A stretch of 64,000 nucleotides of DNA from a virus, in the IMG/VR virus record IMGVR_UViG_3300046314_000711. One strand, written 5' to 3'. Shown piece by piece: positions 49,144 through 59,277 of this stretch (positions within the stretch are counted from its first letter, which is position 1; every line of letters begins with the position of its first letter). The position numbers and the translations under genes were made by a program. The notes under the pieces were generated by a model. It saw only the letters and a list, made by a program, of their open reading frames with translations, did not search any database and was not told the DNA's origin.

Positions 49144-50958
49144 ATGGAAAAACTCAACGCATACATTGTTATGACCAACGGCGCGATTAACATTGTTACT
49201 ACTGACCCTAACGTAGCTGATCAAGCTAAAATGAAGAGCCCTGGTTCTATCGTTAAACGCTTTCCACTAACATCAAAAATGGCTGGCAGCACAGGTCTGG
49301 TTGGTGAGGCGCTTGATGGTGATTTCGAAATGGGTGCAGATGACACCGGTTCGATTGATCGCGATGATGTTGAGTTTGCAACTGATGACCAGCCACAGGA
49401 CGGTGCGTCTATGGATGATGTCGAAGGCGATGATGACACTACTGATGTCATCTGTATGAATACTGAACTTGCTGTTCGTGTGTTTGAATATATTGCTCAA
49501 AATCAAATTGACAGTGACGAGTTGCAGACACTTGCTGATAAAATGGCAGACCTTGGCAACCAATCAGATGACGTATTGACTAGTGAGCACTTTGATGAGA
49601 TCACAGGTGGTGAACAAGACCGAGGTGATGAATTTGATGATAGTGAATTTGGTGATGATGCAGATTCAATGGAAGATGGAATGTCTGACCTATCGGATGA
49701 ACAGGGTAATGATGATATCGCTGCTGATTTAGAGCTCGGTGAAGCGGATGAGTTGATTTCTCGCACCGGCCGCTCGATGGTTAATAGACACCCACGTGCG
49801 GGACAAACAGACTTACGTAATATCCCAGCGGGCAATCGTCCAGACAGTAACCGCCGCTTCTCTGATGAAGACCGTGCCCGCTATCCAGGTGATGTGAAAG
49901 CCTCGATCCGTCGTTCCCTAGGTACTCACACTCGCCCCAATTTGCCAGAAGATGCGTATGACACCATGGATCCACATGGTCGTGGTAGCATAGTTGATGA
50001 TTCTGATGAATTGGAACAAGATTTTGATACTGTGGAATCTCACGTTAGTGATGCGGATGAGCAGCTCATTGCTCAGTTTATTGCTGGACAAATTGGTCGT
50101 GAAGAACTAATTGATGGGCTATCACAAGGTTCGCAAGATGACTATGCGCCTCACTCTGACATTGACCCATACGGTGATGACGTGTCTGGCGCATTTGACG
50201 ATGAGGTTAGCTTTGATGACGATGAGGATCTGGAAGAGGATATGCAACAACCACAAGGTACACAACCGACTCAAGGCACTCAACAACAGCAAGCTCCTAC
50301 GCAGAACCCAGCTCAGTTTGATAGTGCTTATATAAATGGTTACAATACTGCAAAGCGAGGTGGTCAGGCTCAGCAGCAAAACATCAACACCCCACAAGGT
50401 TCTGCATACAATCGTGGATTTATGGATGCGAAGGCAAATAAACCTTCTGTCCCACCAAGCAAACAACAGAACGAATCAGCGGTTGACTCTGATGAATGGT
50501 ACGATAATCGTGGTAATGTAAATCCAACTGGTAATTACGATGCAGGTGGTCACTATCATGTCAGAGAAGGTTACAACGATGGCCGTGAGTACGGTGGCGC
50601 AGGTAAAGGTAGATCAGCTGATGCTACTGAAACAGCAAGGATCACCGCAAAAGCAAAAGCAGCAGCTAAAAAGGCTGGCAAAACTTTCGATACAAGCGCT
50701 CAATATAGATCGTGGTACTCTAAGCAGAAAAAAAGCGCTACAAGCGGATCAGTGTGTGAAGGTGTAGAAACATTTGGTGCATTCTTGGCTGCAATGGAAA
50801 AGAAAGTTGACCGCACTGTTGCTCCGACTATTGCAACTTTATTCAAAGCAAAAAAGCAAAAAGCAGCAGATGCTGAAAAACATTTCAGTATCGAGCAAGA
50901 TGCAAAAACATCTGCTGTGAAAGTTACCAACACTTCAACAGTGGTACCAAAGCGTTAA
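49144..50958 (+). CDS. Acidic low-complexity protein, probable internal head protein
   Basis: Very Asp/Glu-rich, modular; late motif at 49114. Confidence 0.6.
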   Translation: MEKLNAYIVMTNGAINIVTTDPNVADQAKMKSPGSIVKRFPLTSKMAGSTGLVGEALDGDFEMGADDTGSIDRDDVEFATDDQPQDGASMDDVEGDDDTTDVICMNTELAVRVFEYIAQNQIDSDELQTLADKMADLGNQSDDVLTSEHFDEITGGEQDRGDEFDDSEFGDDADSMEDGMSDLSDEQGNDDIAADLELGEADELISRTGRSMVNRHPRAGQTDLRNIPAGNRPDSNRRFSDEDRARYPGDVKASIRRSLGTHTRPNLPEDAYDTMDPHGRGSIVDDSDELEQDFDTVESHVSDADEQLIAQFIAGQIGREELIDGLSQGSQDDYAPHSDIDPYGDDVSGAFDDEVSFDDDEDLEEDMQQPQGTQPTQGTQQQQAPTQNPAQFDSAYINGYNTAKRGGQAQQQNINTPQGSAYNRGFMDAKANKPSVPPSKQQNESAVDSDEWYDNRGNVNPTGNYDAGGHYHVREGYNDGREYGGAGKGRSADATETARITAKAKAAAKKAGKTFDTSAQYRSWYSKQKKSATSGSVCEGVETFGAFLAAMEKKVDRTVAPTIATLFKAKKQKAADAEKHFSIEQDAKTSAVKVTNTSTVVPKR

Positions 50959-50961
50959 TAT

Positions 50962-51273
50962 ATGATGCTATCGAATGAGCAACAAGTGCTGGTTGCTCAG
51001 CTTGTAAAAAAGCAGCAGCAACCAGCAGAGTGTTTTGGGCTAATTAGCTCGAATGCAAAAACTCGATCGTTTGGACAATTGTTTGAGAAGCACAATTTGG
51101 TGAAATTACGTGATGATACTGTCGACTTGTTGCCAGCATTCTTCGTTGAGGCTTATCGCAATGGTGTGACTGATGATAGTGGAAACCTCACTGACTATGG
51201 TGAGGAGCTATCTAACAGTGTTGTTGAAGAAACTTATCGATTCTTTAGAGCGATGTTACTCGCCTCTTCTTGA
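50962..51273 (+). CDS. Hypothetical protein
   Basis: 103 aa ORF directly after previous stop. Confidence 0.55.
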   Translation: MMLSNEQQVLVAQLVKKQQQPAECFGLISSNAKTRSFGQLFEKHNLVKLRDDTVDLLPAFFVEAYRNGVTDDSGNLTDYGEELSNSVVEETYRFFRAMLLASS

Positions 51274-51583
51274 TAATAACCGATTGTTTTGGAACTGTCA
51301 TTCCAATCACTTCAACTTGTGAGGATGGGAGTGACTTGTACATGGAATACACCATCTGGTGAGATTTCATATCTTCAATTTGGATGTTTACATATACACT
51401 GAAATATGAAGTCCTAGCTGTCTTACAGTATGCGTCCCACATCATCTGCATCTCTACTACAATCGGTGATCCAATATCAACCAAGAACCCTTTTGTTAGA
51501 TCATCAACAGTGACGTCTGGAAAAAACCAAAACGTCTTACCGTTGCGGACAATCATTTGACATTTTGCTATATTAACCGTCAT
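51245..51583 (-). CDS. Hypothetical protein
   Basis: ORF fills the gap; ATG 51583 with GGGA upstream. Confidence 0.4.
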   Translation of the reverse strand: MTVNIAKCQMIVRNGKTFWFFPDVTVDDLTKGFLVDIGSPIVVEMQMMWDAYCKTARTSYFSVYVNIQIEDMKSHQMVYSMYKSLPSSQVEVIGMTVPKQSVIIKKRRVTSL

Positions 51584-51660
51584 ATTTCCCAGCACCAAGG
51601 TTTGTGTACCCTCATACTTATGACACAAGCGATAAATATAAAAAAGTTAACATATTTCCA

Positions 51661-52095
51661 ATGAAACTCAGCGCCATTTTTGAAGCAGGATTCGTCAACT
51701 ACACTCGCGACACCGACGATCAAACCGTAGCTGCTGACCAACAACTTGGTGACGAGTTTGCTGACCATCGGCCGTCAGATAGAGACCCTGAGTTTGGCGA
51801 CGAAGAGCAGGAACAGGGTGACCCAGACCGTCAAGGGGACATTCGCACTGTGCCAGAAGCACATCTCGTGTACAAGCGTAAAAATGAAAACAATCTGTAT
51901 GATGAGTTGTGGATCTTCAAACTCAACCAGCACGATACTTGGACAATGAAAACATATGATGCAATCTTAGCTGGTACAGACATTCCTAAAGGATCGACTT
52001 CATCAGGTGACGGTTCTCAAACAGTGGAGCGTTGGGAAGTTGGCGACCCCAAGAATACATTAGTGTTTGTCAACATTAAAGGTTTGACGAGCTAA
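51661..52095 (+). CDS. Hypothetical protein
   Basis: Start MKLSAIFE after TAAATA 51633; DPDRQG.IRTV..AHLVYKR. Confidence 0.65.
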   Translation: MKLSAIFEAGFVNYTRDTDDQTVAADQQLGDEFADHRPSDRDPEFGDEEQEQGDPDRQGDIRTVPEAHLVYKRKNENNLYDELWIFKLNQHDTWTMKTYDAILAGTDIPKGSTSSGDGSQTVERWEVGDPKNTLVFVNIKGLTS

Positions 52096-52097
52096 TT

Positions 52098-52319
52098 ATG
52101 TTTTGCTCTGGTGACCAATTTCAGTTAAACTTTCACCTACTTCGTGGTTTAGCAGCTCTTGGTGATAAATTATCTATAGTGAAGCAAGCCCAAAAACAAC
52201 AACTCGCTCGACTCATATTGGCTGATCTGATCGATCCTCGCAATACAGCAATTGACAACATTTCAAAAATTAGATATGTTGCAGAAATCAAGATGTACTG
52301 TCCTGATCTGTTTAATTAA
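52098..52319 (+). CDS. Hypothetical protein
   Basis: 73 aa, tight packing. Confidence 0.45.
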   Translation: MFCSGDQFQLNFHLLRGLAALGDKLSIVKQAQKQQLARLILADLIDPRNTAIDNISKIRYVAEIKMYCPDLFN

Positions 52320-52336
52320 TCTTACAACTGGGAAAT

Positions 52337-52570
52337 ATGCAAACTCGTCGTATCGCGCTCGTAGCGCCTAGTCTCGTCATCACTACATTTGAACTTGCTG
52401 ATATTGATGTTGATATTTACATCCAACACACCAAATCAATGAAGCCGGTAAACTGTGTATTTGTTGACAACATAATAGTGTATCCTGGAATGTTTGATTC
52501 AGAGGCTATTGCCAAAGCTAAAAAGAAGCTGAAAAAACTATACGAAAAGGAACTCACTACCAATGTCTAA
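52337..52570 (+). CDS. Hypothetical protein
   Basis: 77 aa, SD GGGA. Confidence 0.55.
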   Translation: MQTRRIALVAPSLVITTFELADIDVDIYIQHTKSMKPVNCVFVDNIIVYPGMFDSEAIAKAKKKLKKLYEKELTTNV

Positions 52571-53381
52571 ATTCACATCAACCCCCAGTTTTTGTTATAT
52601 CGCTCCTACAAAATACTTGGATTTCACAAAAGCATCGAACACACATCTTGTACTTGCTCATCTAATCATAGGTCAACATCGAGACCAAGCCTACGTCGAC
52701 TTTTATAAGGCACGATCTGCTGCAGGGGACCTCGTGTTATGTGACAATTCAGCGTTCGAGTTTTCTGGAAGTGTAGACCCATCCACATTAATTGACGCAG
52801 CACTATCGGTTGGAGCAAAATCACTCGTACTACCTGATTATCCTAACCAACCCGCGCAAAAAACAATCAATGCTGCAGTTGAGTGGATTCCTAAATTTAA
52901 GGAGGCTGGATTAGCACCGTTTTTTGTTCCGCAGAGTAAAATTGGTGATTTGGATGACTGGCTCGCAGCCTACGAGTGGGCTGCAAATAATCCTGATATT
53001 GAAATCATCGGACAAAGTATCTTAGGAATGCCAAACGCGATTCCACACATTCCGAAATCGTATGCTCGTGTTGTACTGACGCAAATGCTGATAGATCGAG
53101 GGTTGTTTAATTTCAATAAGCATCATCACTACCTTGGGTTGCAAAACGTGTCTTTGGAAGTTCCTCCGTTGATTGCAATGAAGGCGTTGGATACTTGCGA
53201 CTCAAGTAATCCAATTTGGGCAGGGATCAATGGATTTAGATATGATATTGTGTCTGACAGTTATCTACCAATTGCGAAGCAGTATCTGAGAGATGTTGAA
53301 TTCGATGAACCTATTCACCCTCGTGTAACAAATATCATCAATTATAATGTTGAAGTGGTGTCCAACATGTTTAAACTGTAA
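52563..53381 (+). CDS. TIM-barrel protein, tRNA-guanine-transglycosylase/DpdA-like fold
   Basis: DNSAFE, LPD, HYLG, DSS ordered as in TGT-like DSGxF..D..HxLG..DS. Confidence 0.5.
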   Translation: MSKFTSTPSFCYIAPTKYLDFTKASNTHLVLAHLIIGQHRDQAYVDFYKARSAAGDLVLCDNSAFEFSGSVDPSTLIDAALSVGAKSLVLPDYPNQPAQKTINAAVEWIPKFKEAGLAPFFVPQSKIGDLDDWLAAYEWAANNPDIEIIGQSILGMPNAIPHIPKSYARVVLTQMLIDRGLFNFNKHHHYLGLQNVSLEVPPLIAMKALDTCDSSNPIWAGINGFRYDIVSDSYLPIAKQYLRDVEFDEPIHPRVTNIINYNVEVVSNMFKL

Positions 53382-53422
53382 ACAGTATATTAAACGCATC
53401 TAATCAAAATAGGAATATAACT

Positions 53423-53959
53423 ATGTTAGCTTCACCAAAACAAGCAGTTGATGATAATTGGGTGACTCATCCTGATTGCAAGCAGTATTCAGAATGGGTT
53501 GATCGCAACTTCATCAGTCCGAATGCAATTGACTTTACAATTGACAAATTATTTGCAGTCGATAACACTACAGTAGCGGTACTATCCGAAACTGAGAAAA
53601 AAATGCGCAAGGTTACTGAAGTTGCTGTCGATTCAGATGGATATTGGACGCTGGAACCCAATGTTGTATACGATGGGATGTCTGCATTCTTCGTAAGCGT
53701 TCCGAAGCAACACGCCGCCCAACTCATTATTCGTTCAACATTTAATCGAGTGGGGTGTCGCATGTCTAGTGGATTGTATGATGATTCGTTTAGTGGTAAT
53801 ATTGGATTTACTCTAATTAACCACTCGGGTCAACTTAAAGTTAAACCTGGCACTCGAATCGGGCAAATTATGTTCATCGAATCCAATTCTGTTGGTGCGT
53901 ACAAGGGTGGCTATAACAGCACAGCTGACACTCACTGGACAGAAACTTCGAAATCCTGA
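53423..53959 (+). CDS. Trimeric dUTPase / dCTP deaminase
   Basis: NAIDFT, RSTFNRVG, GLYD..FSG, GTRIGQ, YKGGY. Confidence 0.85.
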   Translation: MLASPKQAVDDNWVTHPDCKQYSEWVDRNFISPNAIDFTIDKLFAVDNTTVAVLSETEKKMRKVTEVAVDSDGYWTLEPNVVYDGMSAFFVSVPKQHAAQLIIRSTFNRVGCRMSSGLYDDSFSGNIGFTLINHSGQLKVKPGTRIGQIMFIESNSVGAYKGGYNSTADTHWTETSKS

Positions 53960-53961
53960 TT

Positions 53962-54558
53962 ATGACAAATAAAACTAAAATCCTTTTTGTCGATGTAGAG
54001 ACATCTGGTTACGACCAAAATAACATGATGGATCGCTCGGGAAATGGGAAATTTCAAATGACATCGCTTGGTGCGATTGTCGTTAATGCGACTACACTCA
54101 AAGAGCTTGATTCTTTCTATACTGAGTTCAAATATATTGATGGTTGTGCTTGGAGTGACAGTGCCGAGCGCATTCACGGTCTATCAAAAGCTCACTTGGA
54201 TGAACATGGTGTTGAGTATTCCGAGGGTTTCGTCCAATTTACAGAGTTTCTAGTGAAGCACTTTGATCCATCTCGTGCAATTACACTTGGTGGACATAAT
54301 GTATCCACGTTTGATCGCCACTTCTTAATCAAGTTCTTCGAACACAACGAAGCAGCTATTCAATTGTCTGGTCATTGTGTTGATAGCTATACGCTAGGTA
54401 AGGTGCTACTAGATGCAAATAATTCAAATGAGTTGTTTGAACAAGTTGGCATTGATCGCGATACTCACAATGCTTTGGAAGATGCTCGAGCTTCATTGAA
54501 GGCAGTTCGATTGGTCAGAAATCTGTATAAAACTGCGCTAAATACCCAACTAGCATAA
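53962..54558 (+). CDS. DEDDh 3'-5' exonuclease (DnaQ/RNase T-like)
   Basis: DVETSG, IHGLS, GHNV.TFD, HNALEDA. Confidence 0.9.
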   Translation: MTNKTKILFVDVETSGYDQNNMMDRSGNGKFQMTSLGAIVVNATTLKELDSFYTEFKYIDGCAWSDSAERIHGLSKAHLDEHGVEYSEGFVQFTEFLVKHFDPSRAITLGGHNVSTFDRHFLIKFFEHNEAAIQLSGHCVDSYTLGKVLLDANNSNELFEQVGIDRDTHNALEDARASLKAVRLVRNLYKTALNTQLA

Positions 54559-54566
54559 TGTTTGCA

Positions 54567-55223
54567 ATGTTCAATTTCTTTCGCACACTTCTTGAAAAAA
54601 TCAAAGTAGAAGAAACTAAACTATCACCTTCACACGAGTCGTTATCAATTTTTTTACCTATGGTAGACGCAGCTTTACCAAAAGCAGAACACTGTGGAGA
54701 TATTGAACGGATTGCTGTATATAAATTTGATGCACTTGGCACCACTTTCTTTGTATTGACGCCCGATCGTCAAAAAATATTTGCATATTATCAATTGCGT
54801 GATACAGAAGTAGTTAGTGCGTATGTTAATCCGGTACTTCGTGGACAAAACCTTACTGTAATGTTCTTTATGTTTCTCCTACGCAATCAGGGGATGCAGC
54901 AAGTTATAATCGGAGATGACCATAGTGAAAAAATGAAAGAATTGTTAAAAAAAGTGTATCGGCAATTTAGACGTGTGTATTGGCAGAAAGGTGATCAACA
55001 AGTACTGTACGATCCGTTGAAGGTGATGGATTTCTACGGAGAACACAGCACAGGATGGAAAGTTGTACTAGAAAGTACATCTGATGAGGTCAAGTATTGG
55101 CAAGCACAGCCTAAATATTTCGAATCTCATAATATGAAAACCTGGTACCATAAAGATATTTGGTGTGACCCAACTCCAATTGTATTTGAAGGTAAGATTA
55201 TGTTTTGGTCAGATCCACTCTAA
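54567..55223 (+). CDS. GNAT-fold-like hypothetical protein
   Basis: SAYVNPxLRGQNL resembles the acetyl-CoA-binding motif; leader identical to next gene. Confidence 0.5.
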   Translation: MFNFFRTLLEKIKVEETKLSPSHESLSIFLPMVDAALPKAEHCGDIERIAVYKFDALGTTFFVLTPDRQKIFAYYQLRDTEVVSAYVNPVLRGQNLTVMFFMFLLRNQGMQQVIIGDDHSEKMKELLKKVYRQFRRVYWQKGDQQVLYDPLKVMDFYGEHSTGWKVVLESTSDEVKYWQAQPKYFESHNMKTWYHKDIWCDPTPIVFEGKIMFWSDPL

Positions 55224-55263
55224 CAATATGTTCAATTTCTTTCGCACACTTCTTGAAAAAATC
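54567..55263 (+). repeat. 36-nt exact direct repeat at the starts of two adjacent genes
   Basis: ATGTTCAATTTCTTTCGCACACTTCTTGAAAAAATC at 54567-54602 and 55228-55263. Confidence 0.95.
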
Positions 55264-55716
55264 GAAGACACCCGCCACAAGTCGGGTCACTACGTAGCTG
55301 CAAAAGTTTCTAAGGAGACGACTGCTGAGCTCAGGACGTGGTGCAAAGCAAATAAGGTGGCTGTATCAAAAGACTTTTTCGATAACTTGCACATCACCTT
55401 GTGCTACTCATCAAAACTGTTTCCAATCAAACAAGATGATGTGATTGATGATATTTCCGATTGGGTTGTCAAGCCGATAGGGTTTGCGGTATTTGGTCAG
55501 CATAAAGATAAGCGATTCCTTGTACTAAAAGTCAAGAGTACTCAATGCAATAATCGTTGGCAGCATTACATGGACCAAGGTGCGAGTTATGATTTTGACG
55601 ATTACTTGCCACACATCACACTTGCTCAGGACCACGAAGGTGATCTCGATCAACTAGACCTCGATACCTTACCAAAACTGACACTAAGTAGTGAATACTA
55701 CGAACCCCTTCACTAA
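55228..55716 (+). CDS. acb1: 2H phosphoesterase, anti-CBASS Acb1 (T4 gp57B)-like
   Basis: GHYVAAK, LHITLCYS and YDFDDYLPHITL; two HxT motifs, matching my recollection of T4 57B. Confidence 0.8.
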   Translation: MFNFFRTLLEKIEDTRHKSGHYVAAKVSKETTAELRTWCKANKVAVSKDFFDNLHITLCYSSKLFPIKQDDVIDDISDWVVKPIGFAVFGQHKDKRFLVLKVKSTQCNNRWQHYMDQGASYDFDDYLPHITLAQDHEGDLDQLDLDTLPKLTLSSEYYEPLH

Positions 55717-55717
55717 T

Positions 55718-56014
55718 ATGGCAACTAAAAAAACCGTAAAGCAACAAGTACCTGTCGTTGAGGTTGACGACGATGCTGTGGACCGACTCCCGTTTTCTCG
55801 CCTTCGATACAATGTTGAAAAAAAGCGTTCTCAAATCGCCACTCACCAAGTTGAATTAGTTGAGATGGAACGAGAGCTGCAGTTGCGGTGCGATCATTTT
55901 GATACAACACGATTCACTGAATCTCGCTCAGGTGTAGATTTCTATAATAAAGAAGTTATTGTTCAGATGATTTGTTGTAACACGTGTGGACTAACTCGTC
56001 CGATTGTAGGATAA
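55718..56014 (+). CDS. Hypothetical protein
   Basis: 98 aa; CxH..CxxC. Confidence 0.55.
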   Translation: MATKKTVKQQVPVVEVDDDAVDRLPFSRLRYNVEKKRSQIATHQVELVEMERELQLRCDHFDTTRFTESRSGVDFYNKEVIVQMICCNTCGLTRPIVG

Positions 56015-56096
56015 CTAGACCCTTACCCTGCAGACTGCCTGGATTCTACAGGCGTAAATAGTGCGTTAGTTACGCATTTTATAAAGGGACGATCCA

Positions 56097-56777
56097 ATGC
56101 AAAAATTCACAACTGCTACCACGAAAAGTGATTCTGGCGATGACATGCTTGACGATGATTTTAGTGGTCCAAAACGTCCTAAATTCGGGTTTACTCGTGT
56201 TATCCCGGTAAAACAACACAACTTCTACATTTACTCGGATATTGGTCCCCCAGAGAACTACATTGATTTGATTCAAACCATTCGCACCGCTGATGTTCAT
56301 GATCAGATCTATCTACATCTCAATACTGGTGGTGGCCACCTAGATACTGGCATTGCGATTGTATCTGCAATCGCTGAGTGTCAAGGTACTGTTACTACAG
56401 TACTCGATAGTTTAGCCTGTTCCATGGGTGCAATTCTTTTCCTAGCTGGGCATCAGTACATTGTCCATGACTGTGCAATGATGATGTTCCATACATTCAA
56501 TGGTGGATTTATCGGCAAGAGTTCTGACGTAGATAAACAAGTACAAGCATACAAACGCCAGTACGCGATGCTTGTTAAAAAAACATGCTCGAAGTTTTTA
56601 ACTGCTGATGAAATCAAACGGATTGATAATGGTGAAGAATTGTGGTTCGCATCTGATCTAATTGGTAAACGTCTCAGAGTTCTCCACAAAGAGCAAATCG
56701 AGGAGGCTGGTAGCAAGTCTCCTCGTAAACTAAAAAAAGGTGTGACACCGATACCGGACACGCTAATTGCTGAATAA
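56097..56777 (+). CDS. ClpP-like (S14) protease
   Basis: LHLNTGGG, ACSMGAILFLAG (catalytic Ser), MMFH. Confidence 0.85.
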   Translation: MQKFTTATTKSDSGDDMLDDDFSGPKRPKFGFTRVIPVKQHNFYIYSDIGPPENYIDLIQTIRTADVHDQIYLHLNTGGGHLDTGIAIVSAIAECQGTVTTVLDSLACSMGAILFLAGHQYIVHDCAMMMFHTFNGGFIGKSSDVDKQVQAYKRQYAMLVKKTCSKFLTADEIKRIDNGEELWFASDLIGKRLRVLHKEQIEEAGSKSPRKLKKGVTPIPDTLIAE

Positions 56778-57782
56778 ATGTTCGAAACTGAAACACTTGA
56801 AAATGTGATTAAACAGAGTGGGATCTTGGGAACAAGGTCTCCCTCTGCTTCTGGATGGTACACAATTAAGTGTAGAATCTGTAACGACTATAAAAATCGT
56901 GGTGGTTTTCTATTTGAAAATAATACTGTTGCATTCCATTGCTTCAATTGTTCTCATGTAGCTGGGCACTCCCAATCTTCACAAAAGTTCTCAAAGGGGA
57001 TGTATCAAGTACTCACTGCGTTTGGTATTGATATCACAGCAGCTCGTAAAACACTGTTCGCTAGTTTTCAGTCGCAGGGATCTGAGGCTTCGGAAACAGA
57101 TGATGAACGCGAGTACCGCTTATCGGTTCAACAACCTGTAGCGCTCGAGTTACCAGATGAGTTTGAGTTTCTGAATACCGCCAACCCAAACCACGCTAAC
57201 GCTATTAAATATGTTAGCGATCGATTTGTGGATTTTGCAAAGTATGGTTTGATGATTTCCACTACAACAAAACCACGTGACATCTGGCACGGCCGTGTGA
57301 TTATTCCGATCTACAACCGTTCTAACCAAGTAATATTTTACCAAGGTCGATCTTTCACTGGTGCGGAGCGTAGGTGGGAGTCTCCATCCGCTCCTAAAAC
57401 AAATGTCCTATTCGGCTATCACAACATAGACGACCACTCTAAGGACTATGTGATTGTGTGCGAAGGAACATTTGATGCGATGTGTATAGACGGTGTGGCA
57501 ATCCTTGGCAGTGAGTTTACATCATTTCACGTTAGAGCACTGAATGGTACACACAAACAAAAGATAGTTGTTCCACAGCGTGATAAGCGCGGCTATGCTA
57601 TGGCAATGCAAGCACTAGAGCACGGGTATTCTCTCAGCTTCCCAGATATAGGTGGAGCACAGGATATAAATGACGCTGTCATTCAGTATGGGCGGTTGTA
57701 CACTGAGCGACAAATTGTATCCAAAGCAACGACATCTAAATACGAAGCACAACTTAAACTCGGATTGTGGTGTTCGAATTAA
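56778..57782 (+). CDS. DNA primase, gp61-like
   Basis: Zn finger CRIC..HCFNC, RVIIPI, YQGR, TOPRIM VCEGTFDAM, DIND. Confidence 0.9.
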   Translation: MFETETLENVIKQSGILGTRSPSASGWYTIKCRICNDYKNRGGFLFENNTVAFHCFNCSHVAGHSQSSQKFSKGMYQVLTAFGIDITAARKTLFASFQSQGSEASETDDEREYRLSVQQPVALELPDEFEFLNTANPNHANAIKYVSDRFVDFAKYGLMISTTTKPRDIWHGRVIIPIYNRSNQVIFYQGRSFTGAERRWESPSAPKTNVLFGYHNIDDHSKDYVIVCEGTFDAMCIDGVAILGSEFTSFHVRALNGTHKQKIVVPQRDKRGYAMAMQALEHGYSLSFPDIGGAQDINDAVIQYGRLYTERQIVSKATTSKYEAQLKLGLWCSN

Positions 57783-57807
57783 TTTTAACCTTATAGAAAT
57801 AACCCAT

Positions 57808-58404
57808 ATGATTTCCTTTCCAAAATACAAATCTTTAAAGCACGTACTTAAAGCAGTCAAAGCTAGCACAGAAAAAGAAGCAGATAAATTACCAACCATT
57901 CCTTATATTGGGTTTACAGAACCGGCTGGATCAAAAGTTGTTATTGAGCTTGATAACGCAGGTACTGCGATTGGTGTTAGTTCAAAGATTGTGCAAAAGT
58001 GGGTCGATGCAAACGCTGGTGCACTTTCATTGGTTGTGTCAAATCTAATTGCTGCGCACGGTAATGTACCTTCTAGTATTACACTAACACTTGTTGGGTA
58101 TATTAGTGGAGGTGTATTATCGCTGATTGATGCTCAATTGGCTGCTGATGGTAAACATAGTGCTTACTGGTTATCTACATCGGTAGTCAGTCAACTCGTC
58201 GAACGAGTCAGTAATGTTCAGGTTGCATTTAAAGCGGGTGCTGTGTACACTGAGATTGATTTCAACGACGTGGATTTATTTGTCAATGAGGTTGCACGAA
58301 CTGCTGCTGACAGTGGTCAGACTATGCTGTGGCAAGTCAGTCCACATTCTGATGCTTCTGCTGCACTCGTATTGCGTGACCCTTACCGAATCACTACAGA
58401 TTAA
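57808..58404 (+). CDS. Hypothetical protein, weak resemblance to RNA ligase 2 lacking the catalytic motif
   Basis: FP...HV...V..LPTI.Y.G and IDFN present, but no KxxG. Confidence 0.45.
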   Translation: MISFPKYKSLKHVLKAVKASTEKEADKLPTIPYIGFTEPAGSKVVIELDNAGTAIGVSSKIVQKWVDANAGALSLVVSNLIAAHGNVPSSITLTLVGYISGGVLSLIDAQLAADGKHSAYWLSTSVVSQLVERVSNVQVAFKAGAVYTEIDFNDVDLFVNEVARTAADSGQTMLWQVSPHSDASAALVLRDPYRITTD

Positions 58405-58898
58405 ACCGGACTAGCGTGAGCTAGTGCTACCAATTGGTCACGCCCAGCTGAGAAGTTGGGCGTTGCTGTTACCGAATACTGTTGGTGGATAGTCGTAGTA
58501 GTACCAGTTTCTATATCAGGTATACCTGCATATACATCGATTGTTAAACTAGGTGGGGTTAAGTGTTTTGTGTAATTAAATACAGCCCCATTTGGCGGTG
58601 CAACCCAATTATCGTTCTCGGTAATTATTGTGTTATCATCAATCTTTTTAAATGACAATGTCCACGGGTACACCGAGCTCGTACCAATTATTACCGTCCC
58701 AGTCCCGTTGGTGTTGATAGACGACGTAGCTACTGCTTGAAGCGTTGGAGATAACTCAATATGAGTGATTGGTGGTGCAACTGTACCAATTCCTGTTACA
58801 GAAACACTGAATGTATAAACTGATTCAGAACCTTCTGAATGCCCCAACTCTGTTGTAGTTGGGTTTAGTGTATATGTTGGTGCTGTACTAGTAGCCAT
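58401..58898 (-). CDS. Hypothetical Thr-rich structural protein
   Basis: 165 aa directly downstream of PAAR gene. Confidence 0.6.
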   Translation of the reverse strand: MATSTAPTYTLNPTTTELGHSEGSESVYTFSVSVTGIGTVAPPITHIELSPTLQAVATSSINTNGTGTVIIGTSSVYPWTLSFKKIDDNTIITENDNWVAPPNGAVFNYTKHLTPPSLTIDVYAGIPDIETGTTTTIHQQYSVTATPNFSAGRDQLVALAHASPV

Positions 58899-58900
58899 AA

Positions 58901-59188
58901 TTATCCTGCAAACACATTAGAACTACCCTGAGCATCAGCAGCCCCGCAACTAATACTGTCACCGATCCTTGCCACCCCAAGATCGTTAGCAAATACTGTT
59001 CCACTACCAGATGCTTGTACTGCACCTGAGTGGACTGTGTTCCCACAAGAGTGGGTTGCCCAACCATCGGACACTCTGTGGACACCAATACCATTGATGA
59101 ATACATTGGAACTTCCTCCAATATTCGGACGGGGTGGTAAACAACCATCACCTGTGCATTGATCACCGACCCTAACTATTGCTGGCAT
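58901..59188 (-). CDS. PAAR spike-tip protein (gp5.4-like)
   Basis: RVGD, GSSNVFING, ARIGD, CG, GSSNVFAG. Confidence 0.93.
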   Translation of the reverse strand: MPAIVRVGDQCTGDGCLPPRPNIGGSSNVFINGIGVHRVSDGWATHSCGNTVHSGAVQASGSGTVFANDLGVARIGDSISCGAADAQGSSNVFAG

Positions 59189-59277
59189 CTTACCTCCATC
59201 GCTTAATTGATATTATTTATCGATTGCACGGCACTGCCCACGCCATGTAAATAAACAAAACCTTTGTGGGTTGTAGT

